Of a DNA stretch of 64,000 nucleotides, positions 34,478-44,816 are shown one piece after another. Source of the stretch: Candidatus Uhrbacteria bacterium RIFOXYB12_FULL_58_10. GTDB lineage: Bacteria > Patescibacteriota > Patescibacteriia > UBA9934 > GWF2-40-263. The translations under genes were made by a program, and so were the position numbers. The first letter of the stretch is position 1. Each line of letters starts with the position of its first letter. The stretch is from NCBI GenBank assembly GCA_943354165.1, contig CALRBH010000001.1, positions 80,828 through 144,827 on the forward strand. The letters run 5' to 3'. Under the pieces are notes generated by a model, which searched no databases, had not been told where the DNA came from, and saw nothing but the letters and a program-made list of their open reading frames with translations.

Positions 34478-35546
34478 GGTTTCCATCGTCTACCTTTCGT
34501 ACAACTCCGTCCCGTATCTCCCGGACGTCGTGGACGCATGGGTAAAGATCGACTATCCGCGCGAGTCTCTTGAAATCGTGATCGTCGATAATGCGTCGGC
34601 CGACGGGAGCGTGGCGTGGATTCAGGAACATGTTCTTCCTCGGTCCGGTGCAGGTCTTCCCTCAATCATCTTTTTTTCACAGAAGGAGAACCTCGGATTT
34701 GCGGGTGGGTGCAATATTGGGATGGAGTACGCCATAGCGAACGGCGCTTCGTACGTCTATTTGCACAACAACGACTTGAAGCTCGATTCGGCTTCCATGA
34801 AGGAAGCGGTTTCACTCGCGGAATCAGATGCGTCCATCGGGTCCGTGCAGTCGCTCATGTGCCTGTGGCAGGATCCCTTGCGGGTTAATTCGACGGGAGG
34901 CATGGTGCACTTTCTTGGATTCGGGTTTGTGCGCGACAACGGACGGCTGCTTGCTGACTGTTCCGTTACGGATGGCGGGGAGATCGCGTACGGAAGTGGG
35001 GCAGCGACGCTCTACCGCTCTTCGTGTTTGAAAGAAGTTGGCCTGCTCGATTCGTTCTTGTGGCTCTATCACGAAGATTTGGAACTTGGCTGGCGCTTGC
35101 GGTTGGCCGGATTCAAGAACGTGCTTTCGACGAAATCGATCGCGTACCACAAGTACGAATTTCGTCGATCGACTTCGAAGATTTTTTGGATGGAGCGCAA
35201 CCGACTGCTCGTTCATCTTTCGCTATTGAAGCCTGGAACGATTATTTTGCTTGCGCCGTTTCTTTTGGCGCTTGAACCGGCTCTCATTCTGTTTTCCATC
35301 AAGGGCGGATGGTGGAAAGAAAAGTTCCGCGCGCTCGCGGCATTTTTCTCGCCGAAGCTCTGGACGTACCTGTACGAAAAACGAAAAGAAGCCCGGATGC
35401 TGCGTCGGGTGTCCGACCGAGAGATTGTAAGGATGTGGACGGGGAAGATCGTTCATCAGGAAACCTCGAATCCGCTAGTGGACCGGTTCGCGAATCCGGT
35501 GCTTGGTGGCGTCTGGGAGGTTTTGAAGAACCTGATAGTATGGTGA
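34467..35546 (+). CDS. GT2 glycosyltransferase (rhamnosyltransferase-like)
   Basis: VDNASADGS, NLGFAGGCN, LHNND, GLLD.FLWLYHEDLELGWR. Confidence 0.9.
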   Translation: MSPKVSIVYLSYNSVPYLPDVVDAWVKIDYPRESLEIVIVDNASADGSVAWIQEHVLPRSGAGLPSIIFFSQKENLGFAGGCNIGMEYAIANGASYVYLHNNDLKLDSASMKEAVSLAESDASIGSVQSLMCLWQDPLRVNSTGGMVHFLGFGFVRDNGRLLADCSVTDGGEIAYGSGAATLYRSSCLKEVGLLDSFLWLYHEDLELGWRLRLAGFKNVLSTKSIAYHKYEFRRSTSKIFWMERNRLLVHLSLLKPGTIILLAPFLLALEPALILFSIKGGWWKEKFRALAAFFSPKLWTYLYEKRKEARMLRRVSDREIVRMWTGKIVHQETSNPLVDRFANPVLGGVWEVLKNLIVW

Positions 35547-35657
35547 GATTGTAGATGTTTAGAGTGGGCAGGGTTTGCAGGGTGGGCAAGGGTGTAGGAA
35601 ATTTTTATAAAAAGCCATTCCATCACCCCGCCCATCCTTGCCCACCCCACAAACCCC
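35545..35657. repeat. inverted nonamer arrays, empty element
   Basis: AGTGGGCAG GGTTTGCAG GGTGGGCAA; central TTTTTATAAAAA; CGCCCATCC TTGCCCACC CCACAAACC. Confidence 0.75.
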
Positions 35658-35666
35658 TCGATTCCT

Positions 35667-36845
35667 ATGAAAATCGCCCAGGTCGTCTCAACATATCCTC
35701 CCTATCATGGCGGCATGGGCCGTGTGGCGTTTGAATATACGGAACGTTTGCGGGCACACGGGAACAATGTCCACGTGTTCACGCCGCAGTATCGGAATGG
35801 TGGAGACCCCACTTCGCCAAGGCTTCGAGGGGCAGGAGATCCGGAGTATGTTCATCGCGTGCCGTCCCCGCTTACGGCGGGGAATGCGGGCGTAGTGCCG
35901 TCGCTTTTCAACCGCATGAAAGGGTTCGATGTCGTGCATCTCCATTATCCTTTTTTTGGCGGGGCCGAACCCGTTATTATTCGGAAAGCAATACGGGACG
36001 ATCAGGCGCTCGTGATGACCTATCACATGGACGCCGTGGCAGATGGCGTGCGCGGCGCCATATTTGAAGCGCATCGCCGACTGTTGTTTCCGTGGATCGT
36101 CGGACGCTGCGATCGCATCCTCGTAAGTTCCAAGGAGTATGCGCAGTCCTCTTCGCTCTCTCGCGTGCACGGAGCGCTTGAGAAGGTGGAGATCCATCCG
36201 TTCGGGATCGACCTGCAGCGATTCTCTCCCGGGAGCGAACCGGAGTTGCGCGCGCAGCTCGGGATCACGGAAGCGGTTCCTCTGATTATTTTTGTCGGCG
36301 GGTTGGATACGGCACATCACTTTAAAGGATTACCCGTGCTGCTTAAGGCTCTTGAAACTCTTTCTGCGACGAAGTGGCATCTTCTTGTGATCGGTGACGG
36401 GGACATGCAGCCTACGTTTCAGGCGAACGTGTCTGCTGGCGCCATCAAGGATCGCGTGACGTTTCTTGGAAACGTGACGGACGAGGAGCTTCCGCGCTGG
36501 TACCGTGCGGCGGACCTTCACGTGTTTCCGTCCACGGAGCGCGCAGAGGCGTTCGGGCTCGTGGCGCTCGAGGCCGCCGCGTCCGGCATTCCGTCCATCG
36601 CGTCCGCGCTTCCCGGCGTTGCTTCCGTCGTACTCGATGGAGAGACGGGGATGCTTGTCCCCCCAAACGATGCGACCGCGCTCGCGAAGGCGATCGAACT
36701 TCTGTTGCTTCGGGCCGACGTGCGCGAACGTTTCGGCATGGCCGCGCGCAAACGCGCGGAAGCGGATTTCGCGTGGGGGCCGATCATTTCGAAGCTTGAA
36801 GGGACCTACCGCTCGCTGCTCGCTACACGAACCATGCGCGTATGA
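35667..36845 (+). CDS. glycosyltransferase family 4
   Basis: YPPYHGGMG, FVGGLD..H.FKG, EAFGLVALEA. Confidence 0.92.
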   Translation: MKIAQVVSTYPPYHGGMGRVAFEYTERLRAHGNNVHVFTPQYRNGGDPTSPRLRGAGDPEYVHRVPSPLTAGNAGVVPSLFNRMKGFDVVHLHYPFFGGAEPVIIRKAIRDDQALVMTYHMDAVADGVRGAIFEAHRRLLFPWIVGRCDRILVSSKEYAQSSSLSRVHGALEKVEIHPFGIDLQRFSPGSEPELRAQLGITEAVPLIIFVGGLDTAHHFKGLPVLLKALETLSATKWHLLVIGDGDMQPTFQANVSAGAIKDRVTFLGNVTDEELPRWYRAADLHVFPSTERAEAFGLVALEAAASGIPSIASALPGVASVVLDGETGMLVPPNDATALAKAIELLLLRADVRERFGMAARKRAEADFAWGPIISKLEGTYRSLLATRTMRV

Positions 36846-38041
36846 AGATTCTCATCCTCTCAAATCTCTACCCACCGTATGCGCGCGGGGGAGCGGAACA
36901 GGTGGCCGCACGCAGCGCCGCCGAACTGTTCGTGCGCGGACACAAGGTCAGTGTCCTCTCTACTCGTCCGTACGAGGGAAGGGATTCGCTGACTGCACGC
37001 GTCATGGAACGCGATCTCGAGCCCGTGTATAGGTTTTTTCCGCTCAACCTCTATCACTCACTTAATGATCATAAACACAGTTTTCCGATACGCTGGGCCT
37101 GGCATTCGTGGGACATCGTAAATCCTCATGCGCGGTATGAGATGTTTCGCGTGCTCACGCATGTGGAACCGGACGTGGTGCTTTCGCATAACCTGAAAGG
37201 CCTTGGACTGTCCGTCATTCCGGAAATTCGCCGATTCGGGATCAGACACGTGCATGTGGTCCATGACGTGCAACTTTCCATTCCAAGCGGTCTGCTCATC
37301 AAGGGATCAGAGCATGCCTGGCCGAATCTTCCTCCGCTTCGTACGGCGTATGAGCTCGCCGTAAAGGCGACCGTCGGTTCGCCCGATGTCATTGTTTCGC
37401 CGTCCAAGTTCCTTGCGGATTTTTACAAAGCTCGCGGATTTTTTCCGAAGAGCCAAGTCGAGATTCTTCCGAATCCAGCGCCGGATTCGGGGATTCCGCT
37501 GCGCGGTCCGCGTCATCCGGGTCCGGTTCGATTACTTTTCGCGGGACAGCTTGAAGACCACAAGGGCATTCGGTTTCTTTTGCGCGCTCTCGAGAAATGG
37601 GGACAGCCGTTCGAGCTTCATGTTGCCGGCGAGGGCGTTCTTTCGCCGATGGTGAAGTCATGGGCCATGCGTGACAAGCGCGTGAAGTACCACGGATACG
37701 TTTCCTTCGGGCACCTCGTGAAGTTGTTCGCGATCTGCGATGCGGTGACGGTGCCGTCGCTCTGCTACGAAAATTCTCCCACGGTGATCTATGAGAGTCA
37801 GCGCGCCGGACTTCCGGTGATCGGGGCGAATATCGGTGGAATCGGTGAGCTGGTGGAGCATGGACGTAACGGACTGCTTTTTGAAGCCGGGAATGAGAAG
37901 CAACTGCTTGCGACGCTCGATCTGTTCGTGAAGGAGCAGACCGTGTGGCGCGGACGAGACGCAAACATCCGTGATGGGGTTGAACCGTATGCGCTCGGAC
38001 ACTATGTGGATAAGCTTGAACAGTTGATGAAACCTGTATGA
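36842..38041 (+). CDS. glycosyltransferase family 4
   Basis: YPP..GGAE, FAGQL..HKG, PSLCYENSPTVIYE. Confidence 0.92.
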   Translation: MKILILSNLYPPYARGGAEQVAARSAAELFVRGHKVSVLSTRPYEGRDSLTARVMERDLEPVYRFFPLNLYHSLNDHKHSFPIRWAWHSWDIVNPHARYEMFRVLTHVEPDVVLSHNLKGLGLSVIPEIRRFGIRHVHVVHDVQLSIPSGLLIKGSEHAWPNLPPLRTAYELAVKATVGSPDVIVSPSKFLADFYKARGFFPKSQVEILPNPAPDSGIPLRGPRHPGPVRLLFAGQLEDHKGIRFLLRALEKWGQPFELHVAGEGVLSPMVKSWAMRDKRVKYHGYVSFGHLVKLFAICDAVTVPSLCYENSPTVIYESQRAGLPVIGANIGGIGELVEHGRNGLLFEAGNEKQLLATLDLFVKEQTVWRGRDANIRDGVEPYALGHYVDKLEQLMKPV

Positions 38042-38715
38042 AGTCTTTCAAGGCATGGCTGTGGGCTTGGCCAGACGGTGTTGTGTGGAAAGCGACGCGC
38101 AAGGCGTCGATCGCTTCCCGCAAGAGGAAGTTCGAGCTGTTCATGGAACACATGAAGCCCGGCGCCGAAACGACCGTGCTCGACGTTGGCGTGTCCGGCG
38201 CGGCCACGGACAATCGCGGGGAGAATTTTTTGGAGGAATGGTATGCCTTCCCGAGGCGCATCACCGCGCTTGGGGTCGATGACCTGTCTAAGTTTCAGGA
38301 GCGATATCCGTGCGTCCAGGTCGTCTCCGGAGACGGGAAGTCGCTTCCGTTTTCCGACAAGTCGTTTGACATCGTCTTTTCAAATGCCGTCATTGAGCAT
38401 GTGGGCGATGCGGAGAACCAGAAAAAATTCGTCGCGGAATGCCTTCGTGCAGGGAAGCGCGTGTTTCTTACTACTCCCGCGCGAACGTTTCCGCTCGAAG
38501 CGCATACGATGATCCCGTTCGTCCACTGGCTTCCGCGATCGCTTCGCAATTCCATCTATCGAAAACTCGGCCGCGTTCATGAAGGAACCGGCGACAACCT
38601 CGTCCTCTTAAGCGGCCGCTCGCTGCGCGCCGTTTTTCCGCGTGACGCCAAGGTGAAGATCGTCCGCCAGCGGATGCTTGGGATGACGACCGTGCTTATT
38701 GCGATCGCGGAGTAG
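38038..38715 (+). CDS. class I SAM-dependent methyltransferase
   Basis: VLDVGV, GDGKSLPFSDKSFDIVFSNAVIEH. Confidence 0.9.
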   Translation: MKSFKAWLWAWPDGVVWKATRKASIASRKRKFELFMEHMKPGAETTVLDVGVSGAATDNRGENFLEEWYAFPRRITALGVDDLSKFQERYPCVQVVSGDGKSLPFSDKSFDIVFSNAVIEHVGDAENQKKFVAECLRAGKRVFLTTPARTFPLEAHTMIPFVHWLPRSLRNSIYRKLGRVHEGTGDNLVLLSGRSLRAVFPRDAKVKIVRQRMLGMTTVLIAIAE

Positions 38716-40858
38716 TCATATCAAACCTGAACACGGTGATCGCCCCGTTATCGATCGCGAACCAGTCGTCGGCGATGTTCTTTGAGGTCTCCACGATGCG
38801 GTTGCTCTGCCACCAGTACTCGTTTACGGCAGAGAAGACGAATTCTACGGGAGACTGTACGCACGTCGGGGAGGCGTCGCATTGTGCGTTCAGAAGTTTT
38901 GCTGCTTCCTCAGCGATCTCGCGGGACGGGGCGTCGTTCATCTTGAGGAAGAGGGAATAGAGCTCGCCACCGGTTGGGATCGGATAGAAGAATGCGTCGC
39001 CATAGTAGCGGGTGAAGCCGAGGGTACGGACCGCCGCCGCGGAAACCGTCTGGTTGGCGAGGACCGCATAGGGCCTGCCGCCCGCCGCGCGGTCGATCTC
39101 GTAGACCGCGTTCACATCGCTCTGCGAGGTGTTGAAGGCGCGGCCACGTTCGTGGGCGTCGTTCCGTGGATAGGCCATGTACAGGAGGGAGGTCGCGGCT
39201 CCGGCTATGAGCACGATGCTCCCGATGCGCATGAGGAGACCGCGGTGTTGCGCGCGCACAAGAAGCGTTCCGAGGATGGCGAGGAACCCCGGGGCCGCAA
39301 AGAAAACAGCGAGCGGGATCAGACGCTGCGCGTAGTTTTGGCGTTCGTAATCTATCAGGAACGAGAAGTCCACGGCGGTCGAAAGCAGTAAATAGTTCAC
39401 AAGAAGGATTCCTGCGACGGCGATGCCGGGGAAGAGCGCGCGGCGCCACGGTTTCTTAACGACAAACGTCACGAAGGCCGCACACAGGATGAGCGGAACC
39501 ATGTTCTTGCCCACCAGATATGCGGCGTCGAGAAGCGGGCGGAATCCGTTTTTCAGGAACAGGCCGAGGTTGAGCGAAGCGATGAGGGTCGTTGGATTGA
39601 GGCGCGAAAGGTCGAGCCCGGTGCCTGTGTGGGCGAGGAGGGCGTTCGCGATAAACGACGCCGGCAACAGCATCGCTCCTGTGACGATGATGACGATACG
39701 GAAGGCTTGCGCGAGTCTGGGTGTGCGCGAACGCGTTGGATCGCTCAAGAGGATGCAGACGTAGAGCAGGGTGGGAATCCCGGCGATCGGATGAATGGCA
39801 CAGGCGGCCACGGCGGGAATAAGAAGCATGAACGGCCGCGGGCGTTCCTTGCCCGCAAGAGCGGGGAGTGAGGCGAGAACGGTAGCGAGCGCGAGGAGGT
39901 TGGCGATCCCTTGGGGTGTGGTTGGAATCAGTGTGACGAATGGGAGCAGAAGCAATCCCGCCGTTCCAGCCATGGCCGCTCGTCGATCAGGGAGGATATG
40001 CGAGAGTCCTAGATACGCAAGCGCCGGCAAAAGGAGAGCGGCAAGAATTGGGAGCAGCCACGGATCAAGTACGTCGACGGGAACACGAAAGGCCATCGAG
40101 ATGATTGTTTCGAAGGCGTAGGCTCCCGCATAATACAGCGGCTTTGGAGAAATGGTTCCGTGATCGATGATGTGTGTGACGGTCGCACGATGAAGAAACG
40201 GATCGAATCCGTAGCCGATGGGAAATAGGATGATGCCCGCGCCAAGCACGGTGACGATGAGTCCCGAAAGCAGCATCAACGACATCCATTTTTCGCGTCC
40301 ACGGACGAGGAGGGTCACGACTCCTATCGATGCAAGAAAGAATGCGGCGAGCGCGCCTGCCGTCCCGGCGGTCCAGGCGGTACGTACGCTTTCCGCGGTG
40401 GCAAGCGCGGCGAGGGTGTGGAACGTAAAGGCAAGTGCCGCCATCACTCCGGCACTTACGAGCAGAACTGGTCCCGGAACCCGGTGCGCGGACGCAGGCA
40501 TTCGATCATGCCGTCGCGCGATGAATCCGCGAGGCACGTTTCTCGCGAGGAGGGCCGTGAGCGGAACGCTGAGCGCGACGAATCCAATCGCCATGTCTTT
40601 GGTGAAGGGAAACAGATAATACCAGGCGGCTCCTATGATAAGGATTCCGCCAAGGGTGATCAACATGCCGGCCCCTGTGCGCAACAGAGGGGATTCTTCA
40701 GGGGCAACACGGGTTCCAAGGAGCCACCCCATGGCGAGGAGCCATACGCACGCAAGGACAGCTCCAAGCGCCAGCGGGCCTCCATAAAATGCGTTTATGA
40801 GGAAAACCCCTAGAAAAACAACAGAAATTATGGTACGTTCTACATGAGGGAACCGCAT
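38696..40858 (-). CDS. large multi-pass membrane protein (GT-C-like topology)
   Basis: Many TMs; GYGFDPFLHRAT loop; start chosen at MRFPH after a TACACT box. Confidence 0.75.
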   Translation of the reverse strand: MRFPHVERTIISVVFLGVFLINAFYGGPLALGAVLACVWLLAMGWLLGTRVAPEESPLLRTGAGMLITLGGILIIGAAWYYLFPFTKDMAIGFVALSVPLTALLARNVPRGFIARRHDRMPASAHRVPGPVLLVSAGVMAALAFTFHTLAALATAESVRTAWTAGTAGALAAFFLASIGVVTLLVRGREKWMSLMLLSGLIVTVLGAGIILFPIGYGFDPFLHRATVTHIIDHGTISPKPLYYAGAYAFETIISMAFRVPVDVLDPWLLPILAALLLPALAYLGLSHILPDRRAAMAGTAGLLLLPFVTLIPTTPQGIANLLALATVLASLPALAGKERPRPFMLLIPAVAACAIHPIAGIPTLLYVCILLSDPTRSRTPRLAQAFRIVIIVTGAMLLPASFIANALLAHTGTGLDLSRLNPTTLIASLNLGLFLKNGFRPLLDAAYLVGKNMVPLILCAAFVTFVVKKPWRRALFPGIAVAGILLVNYLLLSTAVDFSFLIDYERQNYAQRLIPLAVFFAAPGFLAILGTLLVRAQHRGLLMRIGSIVLIAGAATSLLYMAYPRNDAHERGRAFNTSQSDVNAVYEIDRAAGGRPYAVLANQTVSAAAVRTLGFTRYYGDAFFYPIPTGGELYSLFLKMNDAPSREIAEEAAKLLNAQCDASPTCVQSPVEFVFSAVNEYWWQSNRIVETSKNIADDWFAIDNGAITVFRFDMTTPRSQ

Positions 40859-40897
40859 ATGGTCAGAGTGTACCGTGTGCACGTCTCCTAGTCACTC

Positions 40898-41470
40898 ATG
40901 CGCAATCCATTAACCCCTTATCCGCACGACCGGCTCATGGCGGCTCTCGTGCTGCCGTTTATCCCCAAGTGGGTGACGCCAAACATGGTCACCATTTTTC
41001 GGTTCCTGCTTATCCCGTTCGTCGTCTGGCGGATCTATCTCGGGGATTACGCCACAGGACTTCCCTTGTTCGTATTCGCGGCTTTTACAGACGTCATTGA
41101 CGGTTCCGTCGCAAGGTTGCGCAATCAAGTCACGACTTGGGGAACGTTCTACGATCCACTCGCGGACAAGCTTCTCATCGCCCCCGTCGCCCTACTCGTG
41201 GTGACACGTCACGCGTCATTCGACCTCGCGCTCGTGATGGCCCTTTTTGAAATATTGATCGGGATCGGTGCCGTAGTATGGAGGCGTCGCGGCCAGCAGG
41301 TGAGTGCGAATAATTACGGAAAAACAAAAATGGTGTTGCAGGTCGTGGGCGTTTCCCTGCTGATCATCTCCGTTCTGTTCTCCGTTCCCCTTGCCGCCAA
41401 TCTAGGAGTGCTGCTTCTGTTCGCCTCCATTGGGTGTGCCGTGGTAAGCCTGTTCACGTATGGGATTTAG
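40898..41470 (+). CDS. CDP-alcohol phosphatidyltransferase (PgsA-like)
   Basis: TPNMVT.FR and DVIDGSVAR...GTFYDPLADK signature. Confidence 0.92.
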   Translation: MRNPLTPYPHDRLMAALVLPFIPKWVTPNMVTIFRFLLIPFVVWRIYLGDYATGLPLFVFAAFTDVIDGSVARLRNQVTTWGTFYDPLADKLLIAPVALLVVTRHASFDLALVMALFEILIGIGAVVWRRRGQQVSANNYGKTKMVLQVVGVSLLIISVLFSVPLAANLGVLLLFASIGCAVVSLFTYGI

Positions 41471-43124
41471 CAAGCCGGCCGCAACGGCTCTTGTCGTTTG
41501 CGTGGCCATCGTCGCGCTGCTCGGTTCTTTTTCGCTGTTTACGAACGAGCGCACGTTCGTCTCTCCGGATGAAAATGCCAATTATTTTTTTACACACACC
41601 TTTTTTCAGACGGGGAGGCTTTCCGCTCATGAGTCGCTGGGCGCGGACTTGGACGATGCCTTGCATCCACGTTCCATGGTTTCGCGTGAAGGGTCCCTCA
41701 TGCCCGTAAGTTTTCTTGGATTGCTCGTCACGTATGGTGCGGTCGCCAAGCTTTTTGGAATGGGGATCGTGCCTTTTCTTACACCCTTTCTGTTTGTGTG
41801 CTCCATTTTTGCGTTCCGTGCGCTCATGAACCGCCTGTTCGACCGGGATACGGCGCTCGTGGCCACTGTGTTGTATGCGTTCCATCCAGCCATGTGGTAT
41901 TACGCCGCCCGCGCGATGATGCATAACGTGCCATTTACCGTGCTCCTCGTGTTCGCGGCGTACGTGCTCGTGTGCAAGCCGTTCGCCCATAAGTTTTCCA
42001 AGGATCGTTTCGCGGCCTTTGCGGACGCTGGACTTTCTGGCCTGCTGGTGGGAACGGCGCTTTTTTTCCGTACGTCCGAGATCATCTGGATGTTTCTCGC
42101 GGTCGTCGTCGCGCTTGTCGCGTCACGCGTGCGGTTTACGTCGCGTCGCGTAGTGGTATTTGTCTTCGGCGTTGTTCTCGGCCTCGTTCCCATGCTGTTC
42201 TTCAACGCCTCCACCTACGGATCCCCGTTTACGTTCGGGTATACCGTGACTCCGCTTTCCGGCAGCTCGAACCCCCTCCAACTCCCCCTCCGAGAGGGGG
42301 AGGGTTCGATGGCGATGCCTGAGGTGGATCCGCCGGAACGGATCGGGGCGTTTCCGTTTGGCCTCCACCCGCGTGCAACGCTTGTGCATCTTTCGGAATA
42401 TGGATTCGGGCTGTTTTGGTGGCTCACGATCCTCGCGGCCGGCGGGATGATCATCTTGCTGCAGTCGCGTGACGCATCGCCTGAGCAGAATCAGCTGCGC
42501 AAGGCGTACGGCGCGTTCTTTATCGTCTCGGCCGGCTATCTCGCGCTCATGTATGGGAGTTGGACCATCCGGGACAATCCGGACCCCACGGCCATCACCA
42601 TCGGCAATTCCTACGTGCGCTACTGGCTGCCGGCGTACGTGTTGTCCGTTCCGCTCGCGGCCGTCTGCATCATGTGGATTTCCCGGCGACTGCTCACTCC
42701 TGCGCGCCGAGCGCTTGTGGCGAGCGCTCTTACGCTCATGTGCGTAGCCCTCAGTGTCGCTACGGTGTTTTACACGAAAGGCGATGGGCTGATCGACGCG
42801 CGGAAGACGCTCGCGGAAACCGCTTCCATCCGTGGGCAGCTGCTCAACCTCACGGAATCCGATTCGGTGATCATCGCGGACCGGGCGGACAAGTTCCTGT
42901 TTCCGTACCGACGGGTCGTGACGCCGTTGCGCGATGAGCACACATACTCGCTCATGCCGCGCATCGTCCTGCGCGTTCCGCTCTACTATTACGGCGTGAC
43001 GTTCCCGGAGAAGGACTTGGAATACTTGAACACCGAAAAGCTTCCGCCCCTCGGGCTGCAGATTGAGGAGCTTCGATCGTTCAAGGCGGAAACGCTTTAC
43101 CGCATTTATCGCTTGCCTTCATGA
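41460..43124 (+). CDS. GT-C fold glycosyltransferase (ArnT/PMT-like)
   Basis: SPDE first-loop motif, multiple TMs, YVRYWLP. Confidence 0.75.
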   Translation: MGFSKPAATALVVCVAIVALLGSFSLFTNERTFVSPDENANYFFTHTFFQTGRLSAHESLGADLDDALHPRSMVSREGSLMPVSFLGLLVTYGAVAKLFGMGIVPFLTPFLFVCSIFAFRALMNRLFDRDTALVATVLYAFHPAMWYYAARAMMHNVPFTVLLVFAAYVLVCKPFAHKFSKDRFAAFADAGLSGLLVGTALFFRTSEIIWMFLAVVVALVASRVRFTSRRVVVFVFGVVLGLVPMLFFNASTYGSPFTFGYTVTPLSGSSNPLQLPLREGEGSMAMPEVDPPERIGAFPFGLHPRATLVHLSEYGFGLFWWLTILAAGGMIILLQSRDASPEQNQLRKAYGAFFIVSAGYLALMYGSWTIRDNPDPTAITIGNSYVRYWLPAYVLSVPLAAVCIMWISRRLLTPARRALVASALTLMCVALSVATVFYTKGDGLIDARKTLAETASIRGQLLNLTESDSVIIADRADKFLFPYRRVVTPLRDEHTYSLMPRIVLRVPLYYYGVTFPEKDLEYLNTEKLPPLGLQIEELRSFKAETLYRIYRLPS

Positions 43125-44596
43125 AGTCCATCCGTGCGATTCAGGCTTTGATCATTCTTGTCCCCGTCATCCTGTTCGGCTGGCTGCTTTGGCAGGAGCT
43201 CGTCCCGACGGGCACGTTTATCATGGAGCGAGTCGCAGGAACGGCCTCGCCGTTTATTGATCGATTGCTTCCGGACGGACGCGTGCAGCTCGCTGATCCT
43301 CATTCCGCTCGTCCTACGGATACCATCACGGGCGACCCTGCGTTCTTTTTCGTCCATCCGCACCGCGGATTTGAATCCGGCGAGGTGGAAATTCGTTTTC
43401 AGAATACGGGCGTGCCCATCGTTGAGTTTGGTGGACTGGCGCGCGAAGAAGGACAGGTCTATGACCTCACGCCCATTCAGAACCGGCTGATCGACACCTC
43501 CACATGGACGCGTCATGAAGAACAAGGAATCACTCTTCTTGAGCGCGAGCCGAAGTTCGCGACGATCGCTGATTTTCTTGCGAACCCTCCGCCGCGCCAT
43601 GAGATTTCCACCTATCACTATCGACTCGCCCGCGCGTACCGGATGCCCGGGTATGTCGCACAAGGAGGCACCAGGAACATCGACGTTTCTTTGCGCGGAT
43701 TTCATGAATTCGAAACGTACCTGAAGAACGAGCCGCTTTCGTTCACGTTTTCTTATACGGATGAGAACCGCGGGGAAGGGCCGGACCCGTTTGAGGTGAT
43801 CGTCTTCAATGAGAACAACGAAGCCGTGACGGACGTCCATGTGGCGGATGACGGAAATACAGGCGATGATGCGCGGCCTTCCAGAATACGCACCGCGACC
43901 GTTTCGCTCGCATTGGTTCCGGAAGGGACGTACAAACTTGAGATACGGGTTGGCACGGACATTTTTTTGAGATCGATTCAGACAAGCGCGAACAAGCTCG
44001 TCGCGATGAACACCATCATTCTCGGAGATGAGGTTGGCTACAAGCCCGTGCCGTCGAGCGTGCGGATGTGGACGGAGTCGAAGACGCTCGCGTTTGAGAC
44101 GACGCACGCGGAAGGGGTGCAGTCGGTGGAGGTTGGGGCGAACGCCGTTGCTCTCGCGACGCCATTTACGCGCGTGGAATACGACGTGAAGGAATCCGGC
44201 GTCGTGCGCATTACGGTTCCGAAGGGCGATGCGCGCGTGTTCGGCGACGGACATTATGCGTTTGCCCCGGACCAGTTTTTCAATCCGGATCCTGTACGTC
44301 TGAACGCCACCACGAATCTTGATCGGCTCGGGGTAAACTATGTCATCGCCGCCTATACTCCGCCTGTGAAGGACCCTTCGACAAGCTCAGGGCAGGGAGG
44401 GGAATGGCTCGTGGCGCGCGTTCCGTTTAACACAGAAGGACTCGTTCAACTGAACGGCACCTGGAAATTTGCGTTCTCGCTTCCGGGAATCGAGCGGACA
44501 GGCGGCGCGGTGAACGTCCGATCCGTCTCGTTCACCATGCACCGGGCTCCTCTCACCATCTCTGTATTGATGACCCTGATCCGTTCGCGCTTATGA
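43121..44596 (+). CDS. hypothetical membrane-anchored extracellular protein
   Basis: N-terminal TM; ATGA overlaps on both sides. Confidence 0.8.
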   Translation: MKSIRAIQALIILVPVILFGWLLWQELVPTGTFIMERVAGTASPFIDRLLPDGRVQLADPHSARPTDTITGDPAFFFVHPHRGFESGEVEIRFQNTGVPIVEFGGLAREEGQVYDLTPIQNRLIDTSTWTRHEEQGITLLEREPKFATIADFLANPPPRHEISTYHYRLARAYRMPGYVAQGGTRNIDVSLRGFHEFETYLKNEPLSFTFSYTDENRGEGPDPFEVIVFNENNEAVTDVHVADDGNTGDDARPSRIRTATVSLALVPEGTYKLEIRVGTDIFLRSIQTSANKLVAMNTIILGDEVGYKPVPSSVRMWTESKTLAFETTHAEGVQSVEVGANAVALATPFTRVEYDVKESGVVRITVPKGDARVFGDGHYAFAPDQFFNPDPVRLNATTNLDRLGVNYVIAAYTPPVKDPSTSSGQGGEWLVARVPFNTEGLVQLNGTWKFAFSLPGIERTGGAVNVRSVSFTMHRAPLTISVLMTLIRSRL

Positions 44597-44793
44597 AACC
44601 GTTCACGCTTCGTCTCATCGCTACGTTGTTCCGCGTAAGTGCCCTCTCGTACGTTTTATTCTGGGCGGCAGATGCGATGAGGCCAGGGTTTGTGTCACGA
44701 TACGTCTCCGTCCACTTGTTCGGGTTGCTTGCGCTTGTGTTCGGAACCCTTTTTGCGGTATATGGAGAGGACGTTGGGGGTCGTAGTAAGTAG
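44593..44793 (+). CDS. small membrane protein
   Basis: 66 aa, two hydrophobic segments around PGFVS; stop codon lies inside the heptamer array. Confidence 0.65.
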   Translation: MKPFTLRLIATLFRVSALSYVLFWAADAMRPGFVSRYVSVHLFGLLALVFGTLFAVYGEDVGGRSK

Positions 44794-44816
44794 TTAGTAG
44801 ATAGTAGTTAGTAGGT
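44782..44816 (+). repeat. left heptamer array of the four-helix-bundle element
   Basis: GTAGTAA GTAGTTA GTAGATA GTAGTTA GTAGGT directly before ATG. Confidence 0.95.

Noticed and set aside
40898-41470. Phospholipid synthesis pathway
   Set aside because: A lone CDP-alcohol phosphatidyltransferase with no other lipid genes in the window is not enough.
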